A DNA stretch of 64,000 bases. It comes from the human T2T-CHM13v2.0 reference genome, Homo sapiens. Where the stretch lies: NCBI RefSeq assembly GCF_009914755.1, contig NC_060935.1; one strand, 5' to 3'. The notes under the pieces were generated by a model. That model was not told where the DNA came from. It made no database searches and saw nothing but the letters and a program-made list of their open reading frames with translations. Below, in pieces: positions 41,596 through 55,484 of this stretch. Each line of letters opens with the position of its first letter. Position 1 is the first letter of the stretch. A program made the translations under genes and the position numbers.

Positions 41596-43537
41596 ATCAG
41601 GCCAGAGGGGGAACGGGTGCCCGTTCTTAGACACAAGCAAGGGAGAGACGAGCCAGTGCGGGCCCTGCTGCTTGAGCACTGCACGGTGGGGTGGAGTGGA
41701 CCGCCACAAACAGGCAGAAAGGAGAGAGAAATCGGAGTCCAGTCCTGTTTGCAGCAGGGCTGCGTTCAAATGCAGAGCCTGCAGGGGATGCCGTTAGGCA
41801 GGATCCAGAACAGAGGAGGAACCCATTTTTGTTTCAGACAAAGAAAGGAAGACAGGCATGTCCCGGTCTAGCACACAGGCCCCTGTGGGGAGGGATGGAG
41901 GCTTCAGTGCTACTTTTCACCACTGTAAGGTGAAGCATGTGACTTTACTTTTATAGTCTCTCTTCCAACGATGAAGAAAAACATTACATAAACCAAAAAA
42001 TAAAACACAGAGCCACAACAAGCCCCCCCAGGACAGTTGGGCCAGTGCCCAGCCTCTGTGGCCCCCGTTCCAGGACGACCCCAGGCTCACTGGAGAGGAT
42101 GCAAAGGGCAGAGAGTGCCCAGGGGCCAGGCTGCCCGGCCCCACCTCCCCGGCCAGCAGCACTCTCCGGCCCTCCAGAGCCACAATGGGTACACGCTACC
42201 CTCATGTGCCGGCTCCACCCCCTCACCTTCTGGGGGTTCAACCCCCTGCCTCTCCTTCTCCACCACCCTCCGCCATGCCACAAACAGCTCTGGCTGAGGC
42301 CACCCTCAGCTGGCCGTGTCCTCAATTCCCATCCCTGTAACACAGGGCAGGCACCTGTGGAGGCTGATCATGGCCTCCCCTGCAGCCACCCGTCACAGCT
42401 CCTTCCAGCTCCTTCTCTCTCGCACCAGCTCTTCCTGTTGTCACCGCTACCCCCACCTCTGGCTCCCCCAGGCAGCACGCTCAGGGTATACCAGACAGCT
42501 CACCTCCAGTTCACTGTGTCCAGAGATGTCTGACACAGGTACCGTGTCTGCCTCTGAGAGGCGCCCCCAACGCCTGCCATCTCTCCACAGACGATGCCCC
42601 ACCACAACTGCTCAGGGACTCCCGGCCGCCATCTCCACCACCTCCCTCCCCAGAGTGAGGCTTGTCAATTCCCTCCGTTATCGGCCAGAGCACCCTGGAA
42701 GGGGGTCGAGCACAGCTGGGCCAGACGCAACTCCCACCTCTCAGTTCTTCAGGCAGGCTCCTATCACTTTGTCCCTCCATTTTGCCACCTACATAACAGG
42801 GTCACGGTAAGCGCCCTGCAGGGTGTGGCGGTGAGCAGGGGGACAGTCGGAACTCCAGGGCTGGTCACGGCAGCACCTGTGCCAGCACTGTGCCCACTGT
42901 GACTCTGCCTGATGTCACAGCTATAGGCCTAACTAGCCACATAACCACAGAGAAAGGAGGTGGCTGAGAAACAAGGGTCTGGGGACAGTAGGAAGATGCT
43001 GCCTGATCTAACAGACACCCCCCACCCCACCCGCTGCCCCGATGGAGCCCACTTGGCCATATTTGACAACCCCAGACAGGATGCAGAGGGACGCTGCCCT
43101 CCATGACTCACCTCAAAGAGCTCACTTGGAAGGGGAAAGGAAGGGCCATGAAAGGGTGAAACGCAATGGCTTCTCCCTCCCGTCCTACTGTGTGTCCGCA
43201 GCGGTTACTCCGCAGAGCCGCCAGGTACAACAGTCAAGACATGGGAAAACCTCAACGCCCAATGATGGATCAAGGGATGGGGAAAGTGTGGTGCACACGC
43301 TCCGTGGTGACCCCCGCGAGACTGGCCTGCGCGCAGGGACGGCTTCACGCGTGTGACAGCAGGGGAGCAGGACCTCCGGGCCAGACAAGCCTGCGGGGAG
43401 CTGGGCCCCCGTGGTCCCTGGAGCCGCCTGCCTAGGGCTCGTCTGCACAGCCAGCCGGGCCACCCTTTGTCTCTGCAGCAATGGTTCCGGGTAGAACCCA
43501 AGAACGTGCATTTCTAACAAGGTCCCAAGCAACCCAC

Positions 43538-43914
43538 TGTTAAATCAAGTTTCACCTACAGCTGCCTCCTTACATATTTTAAGTTCCACCTAAAGGTTTC
43601 TTTGTACATCGTGAACTATGACAAGTACAGGTGTAAACAGATCATAGCCTATACTTGTGCCAATCACCAAGTTTTGGCCAATCATATGTAGGTAACTGTT
43701 CGAGCTGTGTTCAAATAAGGCAAATGCCGAGCGTAACCAATCGGCTGTTTCTATGCCTTACTTCCGTTTTCCGTAGGTCACTTTCCCTTTCCATAAATCT
43801 TCCCCCACAGGGCTGCTCTGGAGTCTATGAGCCTACTCTGGCTCAAGAGGCTGTCAATCCAAGAATCGTTTGTTGTTCAATTAAAGACCTTTACATTAAG
43901 TTTTTCTTTTATCA
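43538..43914 (+). mobile_element. MER57-type ERV1 solo LTR, inserted in a MER5A-like remnant
   Basis: Starts tgttaaatcaagttt...gctgcctccttacatattttaagttc, ends tttttcttttatca; flanks tgcatttctaacaag and tgctggt...gaaccattg resemble MER5A. Confidence 0.8.
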
Positions 43915-44893
43915 CTGCCCTTGCTGGTGCCCACACCCCACCTGGGGAACCATTGCCCTACAGCGCCAGGCACACACCTGGCCTCTCTGCACCTCCATTC
44001 TGGGGCAGAGATGCAATGGGGACCAAGTGGGGCCGTGTGCACCCAGTTCTCAGCGGCACGGTGCCGGCACGCAGCAGACTCCCCTTGAGGGTGAGTGAGT
44101 GTAGCAGAGGGACTTCGATGCATGCTCTGCAGGGTCCTCCACACACCCCCAGCACACATCCATCCACTGGACACCTGCCCCAGGACTGCCCTGGGACTCC
44201 GAACCCAAGAACTCACTGCCCCTGCCTCCCAGGGAAGGCCAGCAAGTGAAGGAACGAAGGCCAGGATGGAAAGGAACAACAGATGTTTCCAGCAAATGCT
44301 ACCATGGACAGAAACCCAGCATGCTACAGGGGAGCAGGAGGCTGGGGTGTGAATCTGGGTCATTTCTGGGCAGCCCCTGGCCACCCAGGCAGAAGCACAG
44401 GAAACAGACTGCGGTGCTGACCAGAGATGCAGGACACGGAACAGAGCGGTAAGCTTTACACCAGTGAGGACGGCGAGTGCTGGAAACCCGGAGGCATTCT
44501 AGTTGTCATCACAAGGGGGGACACCAGGAGACCGTGTCCACAATAACACACAGTGGGCTTTATAAGAAGTTACCCCAAAATCAGGTGTTCAGGATAAGGC
44601 TGTGCTGGAAAAGGAAGCTCAGATGGAATCAAGAGTGTCCAGAAATCACCAGCTGCCTCACTTGACACAAGCTGTCTGCTCAACAGACTTTAGAATTCCC
44701 AACCTCATAATTAGTCAAAAGGGATTTTAATGCAACCATTCAGTAATATGAAATCAAGAACTATGACTGCAAAGGAGATTGAATGTTCCTTTTAAACAAC
44801 GTAAAACTAAATACTATTGAATCAGTGGAGAAATGAAAAACAGAGTCTTGCTAATTTTCATTAATGGAGACTGCTTTAAGTCTTTCAGTTTAT

Positions 44894-45127
<234 letters not shown>

Positions 45128-46266
45128 CTAGGCTGTAACAAGGCCATGTGGGGACTGCCCACTGTTTCTGCAGCTCACTCTGCGGGCCCGGGGTCAGATC
45201 CCCAGTTTCTCAGGGTCGTGTTCTGTTCCCTTTGCTCATCTCTCCTCCAGTCCCCAGGGAAGGGCTTGGTCTCCACGGCGTCAGGAACTAGACTGTGAAC
45301 TTGCACGTCAATACTGAGAGTGGGGCTTCCAGAGAGCAGCCGTGCTTGCTGCCCTGCCCCTCTCAGGCTGCAGCCCAGGGAGATGCCACTGAGACGCTGG
45401 CCATCGGGCTGGCCACCCCCGGGCTCCCTCCATCCTCACGGTCCTGCTCTGTGCTGGCAGTTTCCACTGAAGTCCCCCTCCCAGTATGCAGCAAGCCTGA
45501 TCTGCTATCACTCGCTCACACCATGCCTCCGTGTCTCCCCCACATCTCACATGAAGTAACTTCTGAGCCTGTTTCAAAGTTTATCCTGAACAGGGCGGGC
45601 AGTCTGGCCCCTTCACCATCTCTTTCTGTGTGGGTGCACCGAGGTGTCTCCCTGCAGAAGTGCATTCTATCCTATGCTGGGGTAAAGATGCAAGTCACTC
45701 TCAAACTGCTGAGAAAAGACCCACGTGCAGGTACTGAGAGAGAGAAAACGGCAAGGCAGATGTGGCAGAAACGCTGACACTGGCCAATCTGGGAGAAGGT
45801 ATGCAGGAATTATTCACACTACTTTGGCAACTTCTAACTTTGAAATTATGTAAAAATTTAAAAATATAAACGTCAGAAGCAGCTGGGGCCAGGAGGTGGC
45901 AGATACCCTCGAGGGAGCAGCAGTGCATCTGACAGCCGCTTCTCCACAGCAACGCCGGAAGCCGGAGGTCGGCGGCCTCACGTCGAAAGAGGGCTGAAAG
46001 CAAGCCAACCAAGAACACGACACACAGCGAAAAGCTCTGCCAAGAATGAAGGACAACTGAAGGCATTTTCAGACAGAGACTGAGAGGGCGCCCCCAGCAG
46101 AGTCACCTGAAAGAAAATCCAAGAAAGCTCAAGGCTGCAGCACAAGCAGAGGAAAACTGGTCACAGACGCAAAAGGACAAACCCAGAAGGACAAAGGAGG
46201 AAGGAGAGGGTACAGCCAAAGAGATGGAGCACAAAACCAGCCAACCTAAATAAATACCAGCGTACA

Positions 46267-46354
46267 AGTAGCATGTGGGGGTCCGAAGTGTACAGAATTT
46301 AAAACACAGCAGTAGCATGTGGGGGTCCGAAGTGTACAGAATTTAAAACACAGC
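46267..46354. repeat. Perfect 44-bp tandem duplication
   Basis: agtagcatgtgggggtccgaagtgtacagaatttaaaacacagc x2. Confidence 0.97.
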
Positions 46355-46489
46355 AAGTGCTCACAACTCAAGAGGGGAAGTACCCAGAAGCGGTCTAGTA
46401 TCTTGGGTACTTCGGGGAGGCGGATAAAGCTGTTAATCAACATCAGACCCTGGAGGTTTAGCGTGTGCTGTAAGAAAACCACTAAAGGA

Positions 46490-46625
46490 GGGTGTGCACG
46501 GTGGCTCACAGTGTAATCCCAGCACTTTGGAAGGTGAAGGTGGGTGGATGGCTTGAGGCCAGGAGTCTGAGACCATCCTGGACAACACAGTGAGACCCTG
46601 CTTCTACAAAAAATCAAATAAAATA
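46490..46625 (+). mobile_element. Alu left monomer (FLAM-like)
   Basis: Single Alu arm with A-rich tail. Confidence 0.8.
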
Positions 46626-47059
46626 AAGTACCTAACTTCCAAGGCAATTTGAAAGAAGGATAATTAAAAAATAAAAAGAAGAAATTCAAACAAAGCATGG
46701 GAAGATGAAAAGCACAAGATGGGAGTTCCACACAGCAGCGAGCACACCAGGTGGAAAGGGTTAGCAAGGCGCCCTGACACCCGCTCTAGTGGCGCGGTGC
46801 TCACTAGACACCCGCTGTCACGTGCAGTGCGTCTAAGGCTTGGGGTTTTCCCGGGCTCACCCCAGGGGAGACGTGGTCAAGGGCTCTTTCCCAGGGCTCG
46901 GGGCCGTTTGCACGTCCTTCTTCATGAGGCATCTGTTCAAGCCTCTGCCCATCTTCTACGGGACGAGCTGTTTCTTGTTCTTTGTTGGAGCCCGTGGGGA
47001 AGTCTGGATCTGAGCTCCGGTAAGTTCTAGGTATGGTAAATTCCCCCTGCAAAAGTTGC

Positions 47060-47345
47060 TTTTTTTTTTGAAACAGAGTCCTGCTCTGTGGCCCAGGCTG
47101 GAGTACAGTGGTGAGATCATGGCTCACCGCAGCCCCGACCTCCTGGGCTCAAGGGATCCTCCCACCTCAGTCCCCCGAGTAGCGGATGCCACCACGTCCA
47201 GTTAATTTATTTTTATTTATTTATTTATTTATGAGGTCTCACTATGTTGCCCAGCCTGGTCCTGAACTCCTGGGCTCAAGCAGTCCTCCAGCCTCGGCCC
47301 CTCAAAGTGCAGGGATTATAGGTGTGAGCCACGGTCCCCGGCCAG
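47060..47345 (-). mobile_element. AluJ-like element
   Basis: cctgggctcaag diagnostics in both arms. Confidence 0.9.
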
Positions 47346-47499
47346 CCTTTTCAGTTTTTGAGGAATATCTTTGATAAACAGAGCTGCTTAATTTTAATGT
47401 AAACCAAATTATCTATCTTTTCCTTTATGATGAGTACTTTTTAGTCCTGTTTAAAAAAACTTTTCTTAACCCATGGGTCAAGAATAGCATCTTCTATAA

Positions 47500-47762
47500 C
47501 AGTGCTGTTCAAGAGAAATATAACACAAGCCATAATCTGAGCCATGGATATAATTTTAAATGTTCTAATGGCCCCATTGAAAAGTAAAAGAAACAGCCAA
47601 GATTAATTTTATTTAACCCAACAGATGTAAAATATTTTCGACTTACAATCAATACAGAAAATACAAGGTGCCACTGTATTTTTTTCAGTCTAGCGTATTT
47701 TACACTCAGCACATCTCTAGCGCTGCCAAGCTACATGGCTGGAGGCCGTGCTGGACAGCAGT
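47500..47762. mobile_element. MER33-like hAT-Charlie element within antisense L1 remnants
   Basis: cagtgctgttcaa...taattttaaatgttcta...aaaagtaaaagaaaca...tggacagca with terminal inverted repeats. Confidence 0.7.
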
Positions 47763-49399
47763 TCCAGAACCTTCTACACTTAGACCTACATTCTACTGGG
47801 CTCAATTATTCTTTGTAGGGTGTGAGGTACAGGCCAAGGTTTTTTTAAATATGGCTATCTGGTTGGCCAGCATGACTTATGAAAAAGACTGGCTATCTGT
47901 GCCATCTCTTTTTCCCTGTCTTGATCACTCTTGCCAGATTTTCCACTATATTCCTGTTTTCAAAGAATCCAACTCTGGCCTCGATGACTATATCTGTGGG
48001 AGACTGACTTTCTGCTTTGTTAACTTCTGCTCCAGCCTCATTTCCCTCCATCCACCGTCTCTGAGCCCAGCTACTGCTCCGAGAGTGACGAGTACCTGAG
48101 GGCTGTGAACCGCTCCTGGCCGGTGTGCACCCTGCAAGTCTCAGCATGGCATATTTTTGTTATCTTTCAGCTAAAAAGTATGTTGTAATTTCCATTACAA
48201 ATTCTTCTTTGTCCCACTGGTTACTTGGAAGTGTGCTTCCTAATTTCTAAATACTAGGAGTATCACTTTGCTGATTTCTAGTTTAACTCCACTTGGGTCA
48301 AGAGCACACTCCAGAGGAATTCAATTCACCGAGATAAGCGGAGGTTTTGGTCAACGTTCCATCAGCGTGTAAAGGGGGCACACAGCCTGTCAGGGGTGGG
48401 TTCCCTATTCTTCCTGTCAGGTGAAATGTGTGAATCTGGCTTTGAAATCTTCATGCTGACTTGTGAGTACAGCTGAGCTGCTGGGACAAAGGCCCACCAT
48501 CCCAGGCCCCAAGTCCTTCCCTGGTGTTAGCCCAGGGCAGGGGTCAAACTTCACCCTCCAACACCTTCCTGGGGCCCCAGCCATGGGGCAGCCCTGTTCT
48601 CACCAAGGGCTGTCGAGGAGCCGCAGGAAGGCAGGAAGAAGAGGAAGGACAAGCATCTTCCAGACGGTGACTAGAAAGCTCCACCTGCCCCCACCTATGT
48701 CTCAGTCCTGAAGCTCAGGACACAAGGGAGGCTGGAGTTCAAGTGCCTGAGAGCCCACAGCCAGAGAAGCTTGCACGGGGTCAGAAAGACAGACGGGAGT
48801 TAGCAGGTCACAGCCCTGTGCCCACAACAGGTGGCAGGAAAGAAGCTCAGAGACCTGACAACAGCCACAACAAGGACATGTGTGCACACAGGCCAGGTGT
48901 CTCGGCAGAACTGCAGACACTGGAGGGCCAGCCAGGCTGAAGTGCACATGGGCCACACAGGGTGGGGCTGGAGAGAGACAGGGGACTTCACCCCACAGGC
49001 AATGGGGGTCCACCAAAGTGCCTTGTATATAGGAGGATGACATGTGGATCCTCTCAGGTGGCTGTGTGGAGCATGAGTCAAAGATAAGGACATACATCCC
49101 CGCCACCGCCAGGTGCCTATGGCTATAAGAGCCTAGGCCTCAGCCCAGGGAACCGCGGGCTTGCTTAGGGAATCCAGCAAAACCCTCACAGCCTTCTGGA
49201 TGGAGCCCCATGGCATGGATGGCGAGGCGTGAGGGGAGGCAGGACGTGGCCTTCCTGAGCAGCAGGCTCAAGGCCCGGGACACACAGGCCACCACCACAA
49301 CTTCAGGCTCTGTAACAGGGACCTACCCACGCAAAAGGTCCTTATCTGAAAGGGCTCCATCCTCACCCTAGAGCCCTCCACACGTCATTTTGGGGGACA

Positions 49400-49705
49400 T
49401 TTTATTTATTTTATTTTTTATTTTTTTGAGATGGAGTCTTGCTCTTGTCGCCCGGGCTGGAGTGCAGTGGCACATCTTGGCTCACTCCAACTTCTGCCTC
49501 CTCGGTTCAAGCAATTCTCTTTCCTCAGCCTCCCGAGTAGCTGGGATTACAGGCGCATGCCACCACGCCTGGCTAATTTTTTGTAATTTCAGTAGAGACG
49601 GGGTTTCATCATGTTGGCCAGGATGGTCTCAAACCCCTGACCTCAGGTGGATCCACCCATCTCGGCCTCCGAAATTGCAGGGATTACAGGTGTGAGCCAC
49701 CGGGT
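49400..49705 (-). mobile_element. AluS-like element
   Basis: Full antisense Alu. Confidence 0.92.
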
Positions 49706-49741
49706 CCCATTTCATTATTTTGATTAGAAATGAAATGACCT

Positions 49742-49810
49742 GCCCAGGCGCGGTGGCTCACGCCTATAATCCCAGCACTCTGGGAGGCTGAGGCGGGCGG
49801 ATCACCTGAG
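49742..49810 (+). mobile_element. Alu 5' fragment (~70 bp)
   Basis: ccaggcgcggtggctcacgcctataatcccagcac...ggatcacctgag, then abrupt end. Confidence 0.85.
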
Positions 49811-50620
49811 CTGATCCCCAGCCTGCTGGGGAAGGGGAAGGAAGGTGGCCACAGGCCCCAGCATAGTACAGACTGACGCCCTTGAAGTCCACACTGCACC
49901 GTGGGCCCAGACAGAACAGGCCTCCCGCCCCGCCCTCACAGAGGTGCCTCGTGGACAGCCACTGCATGGCATAGCAAGTCCCTGGACCCAGGCCTGTCCA
50001 GACCCTCGTGGGAGTGGGATATGAGCTCCACAAACGTTTCGGGGGGCACCCAGGCCCCAAGTCCCTGTTCCACCACCAGGGCAGCTCAGGAGCCAGGACA
50101 CTTAGCTAGTGAACCCTGGGACCTGCTGCACTCCGGGGGACACTGCAGAGCTCGGGAGCCGACAAACCACAAATGCTGCTACTTAGAACCTGTGTGTCCA
50201 ACAAGGAGAAGACAGCAAAGGAGGGAAGACTGCTGGGCAGGAGAGCACCCGAGACACCACCACTCCTACCAAGAAGTCTCTGAGGACAACTGTGGGCCAG
50301 GATCCTGCGTCGTCAGCACAGAGCTGCCTTCGGTCTGCCTTGGAGTAAGGGCCTCGGAGAGGCACGGGGTCACAGAAAACAACACTTTTATTTTCACATG
50401 AATTATAAATACCCAGGAACCCTCACACAATTCAGCTTGGCCCAGCACTTCTTCAGCCAAAAAGGTAGGAGGCCTTCCCAGCAGGAATAACAGAATGTAC
50501 TTGAAGATAAAGGTTTTAATGAAAAAGGGTTTCTAAACCTCCTGACAGTGGCCACCTCCAGAAAAGCCCCTGGGTCTCCACACTCACAGTGCAGGAGTGA
50601 ATGTCAAAAAGCACTCCCAA

Positions 50621-51220
<600 letters not shown>

Positions 51221-52313
51221 GCATTCCCAAGACCCCAAGCACAAGAGGAAGCAAATCCCTTCTGTGCATCCCAACGCAGAGCTCATCTCAGAAAGCTCTG
51301 CGTCCAGGTGTCCAGGAGGCAGCCAGCTGGCCAGGCAGAGGCATACCCTGGGTGGTCAGACCCATCCAGCGCCTGCTCCCTGCCCTGGGCACGCCAGGTA
51401 CAGCAGGGGTACGTGTGGGTCTGTGGAGAAGATGAAGCCTGCCCTGAAGCAGTATTTGTTACACATTTATGAAGGCAAGGAGGACACAGGAAACTGTTCA
51501 GCAGAAAACGCTGCTGTCACGAAGGGAGAGATAGCCAGCTTTGGGAAATGAAGGTGCCCACTCTGCCCTCAAGGAAGCAGCAAGCCTCAACTGCACACCC
51601 GCCACACAGCTACCCACCAGCCCCAGGCAGTCTCAGGCCACACATCCCAGAGGCCCCGTGGCATGAAAAGAGGATCTCTGAGGGCATAATACCCGACTCC
51701 CCGGTGGGGAGTAAAATCACCTCTGGAGCACAGCCGGGCAGACACCAGGCCTGCACCCCCGTCGGCACTGGGGGTGGTGCCTGTGGACCATCGGCGGCTT
51801 TAAATTCTCTTGGCTGCTCCCGTTCCACCATCCCCTCTGACAGCTAAGAACAGGCTGAGGGCGGGCAACGGGAGTAGGAATTGGGTGGGAACAGCGGGTG
51901 GCAGCGGCCGGGCAGTGGCAACTACAGGTCACACAGTCAACCACGGTTCCCTTGCTCAGAGCCTGTAACTACTGCCATCCACTGAGCTTCCAAGAGGGCC
52001 TCAGACTTTACCTGGGGCTTCCTGAATTCACCTGGTTGTCTGGGAGGACTAGTGTTTCTTGAGAGACGGTGAGAAACATGGCCCTAAGCCCTCTGCGTGG
52101 CCCCGTGCCCACTGCCGTCTCCATGCTCTGAGGAGCCTCAGTGACTAAACGTGGTCCCAACCTGTACCAGGCCATACCAAAGTCCTGAACAGGTCAGTGG
52201 TGTCAGGTGCCAGCGTGGCCTGGATTTCTTCCTGACAGAGGAACTAACCAGCGCACAGCTCCAGCCACTCAGAAAGGAGGCAGGTGGGAGGCTGTAAAAG
52301 AAAGTAAGGGACA

Positions 52314-52888
<575 letters not shown>

Positions 52889-55177
52889 TTACTTTTCTCT
52901 TTAAGAACAAGCTCTAAAATCTTAACACTCAAGATTAATACCCTTAAAGAGAACCCATGCCAGTCATAAGAAAACTGGACCAGTTCAAGACAAAGTAGGC
53001 AAAGACCAAGCAGATAATGGCATGGCCCACCGTGCATAGAAGCATCGGCCATATCAGCCCTCCTGCAGTAAACACGGACTAAACCTTGGCACCGCTCTCT
53101 GCCTGTCAACGTGGCAAAGATCTTCTTCAGAAAAGACCAACACAAGTGGCGGGCACCGACCTGTGGAAACACCAGCACTGGCACCACGCTCCCTTCCCAG
53201 GGACTTGGGAAGCATCACACAGCCTGGGAACGTCCCCATTCCCACCGGCAGGGGAGCAGTGGACAACTCCCCTGGGTAGCAAGAGTCCCACTACAGAGTG
53301 AGGCCGGTTTTAATGTCAAGTACAGACTATCGCTGGGTGGTAGGAGGATTTGCTTTTGATTTTCTGGGTTTTTTTTCCTGTATTTTGTGTCTCTACAATG
53401 GACATGTAACACCAAGTCCCAGGTGAGCAGGGATGTGTCCTTCCTCCTAAGGTCCCCCCACCCCCGCAGGACAAGGCACATAGGACACCAGCAGGGTCCA
53501 ATGGGTGCTGGGAAGATGAATGGCTGCTGAGCACAACAACCTGAGGCCAGGCCCTGCGGAGCCAGAGGCAGGTGCGGGTCAGCCCCACCCTCAGCACCAC
53601 TCCTGGACTCCACCAGCCAGCGCTACCCACTGTTACAAAAGCATCAACCCAGAGGGAGCTGCGGTGACAGGGAAGGGTCCCGCTGTCCCTGCCCGCGGTT
53701 CCCTCTACCCACCCTGTGGGGCCAGAAACCCGGCTCAGTAAACCTCACCTCCCATGCACCTTTCCTTCCCTGTTGGAGACCACTGGGCCCATGCTGAGGT
53801 CCCGTTTGCTGAGTCAGAGAATGGCACTTGGGAAGCCCTGTGGGGTCTGTCTTGCTGAGTAGCCAAGGAACCCACCCAGGGCTGGTAAGACCACTGCCAG
53901 TGCAGAGAGACGTCTGGTGAAGGGGCGTGCAGTGCCTCCACAGAGAAGCCTGACCAAACACGAGAAAGGACAAAAGCCCACAAACAGCGGCTTCTGAAAA
54001 CACCGCGGACACAGCCACACAGGAGCAGCTTATCTGCTCGTAGCCTGTTTTATACGATTTCTGCCATTTTTGCTAGGGCCAGCTTGCTGCTTGGTAAGTC
54101 CCAGGCAGTGTGGCTCGGTGGGTTCCGGGGTGTGCTCCCCATACCTCCCAAGACAGTCCAGGCCAGCACTGAGTACCGACACCCCCTCAGACCGGCGACT
54201 AGGGCTCAGGAACTCTTCCTAAACGAGGGGCTGCCTGAGCAGCCTCTCCCTAGAGGCGTCTCCCGGGCCACACTGAAGCCCTGTCACAGTGACACTGGAC
54301 TGAATCAAGCTGAAAGCTTGGGTGAAGCCACAGAACACGTTGGGCCATGGCCTGCACAGGCCGACGCTCACCTGAGCGGGCACCATGAAAGCTCAGCAAT
54401 GGAAACGCGGGCTGTCCAGTGTTGGCTCTGCCTCGGCAGCCCTCGGTGGTACCCGGAGACAGCACCTGCCCCACCTGCACAACCCCATGGCCCACAGTAG
54501 TGCCGGGCTGCACGCCCTGGGAGGAAAACTAAATGGCAGGAAGAGGAAGGTAGCCCGCGAGGAGGGCCGAGCCCTGCCCAGAAGTTAGAGGGAGAGAGAA
54601 AAGGCCTTGGTCTCTGAGGTGACCAGCCAGGGCCTCCTAGAGCCCTCCTCCATCCAGAGGCAGGCTGTCCACTCTTAACCACTCCCACCCCCAGATCCAG
54701 GTGGCTCCGTGACTCCCTGACCAACAGAAGGTGGCTGAAAGGATGTATTGTCTTCCAGCCATTTTCATGATGGCTCTCCTGGGATGAAGGCCGTCCCGGC
54801 AGAGGCAAAGAGAGGCCACGTGGGGAGTCCTAGAGCCCAAAGTGTGGTCTGGGACCATGAGGTTAGCACTGTCTTTACAGTACCACAAAGGTGCCATGTG
54901 CCAAAGCCTTGTGGAAGCCACCTGGCCTGTAAAATTACAGCAGGATAAACACAGAACCTGACAGATCCAGCTCTCGAGATTTGCAAAAAGTAAAGCCACT
55001 CTATTTATTTGACTCTAGAAGATAATAGGTTTTTTTTTTAATTTTAAAAATATTACTTATGTTAAGATATACTGGGTTTTTAATTATTTCTAAATGAATT
55101 AAAGTTGTTTTACATTCTCAATTTTAATTTCTGAAAGATGAATATTCATAGCTCCATCATGTAAACTCAATAAGGAC

Positions 55178-55484
<307 letters not shown>

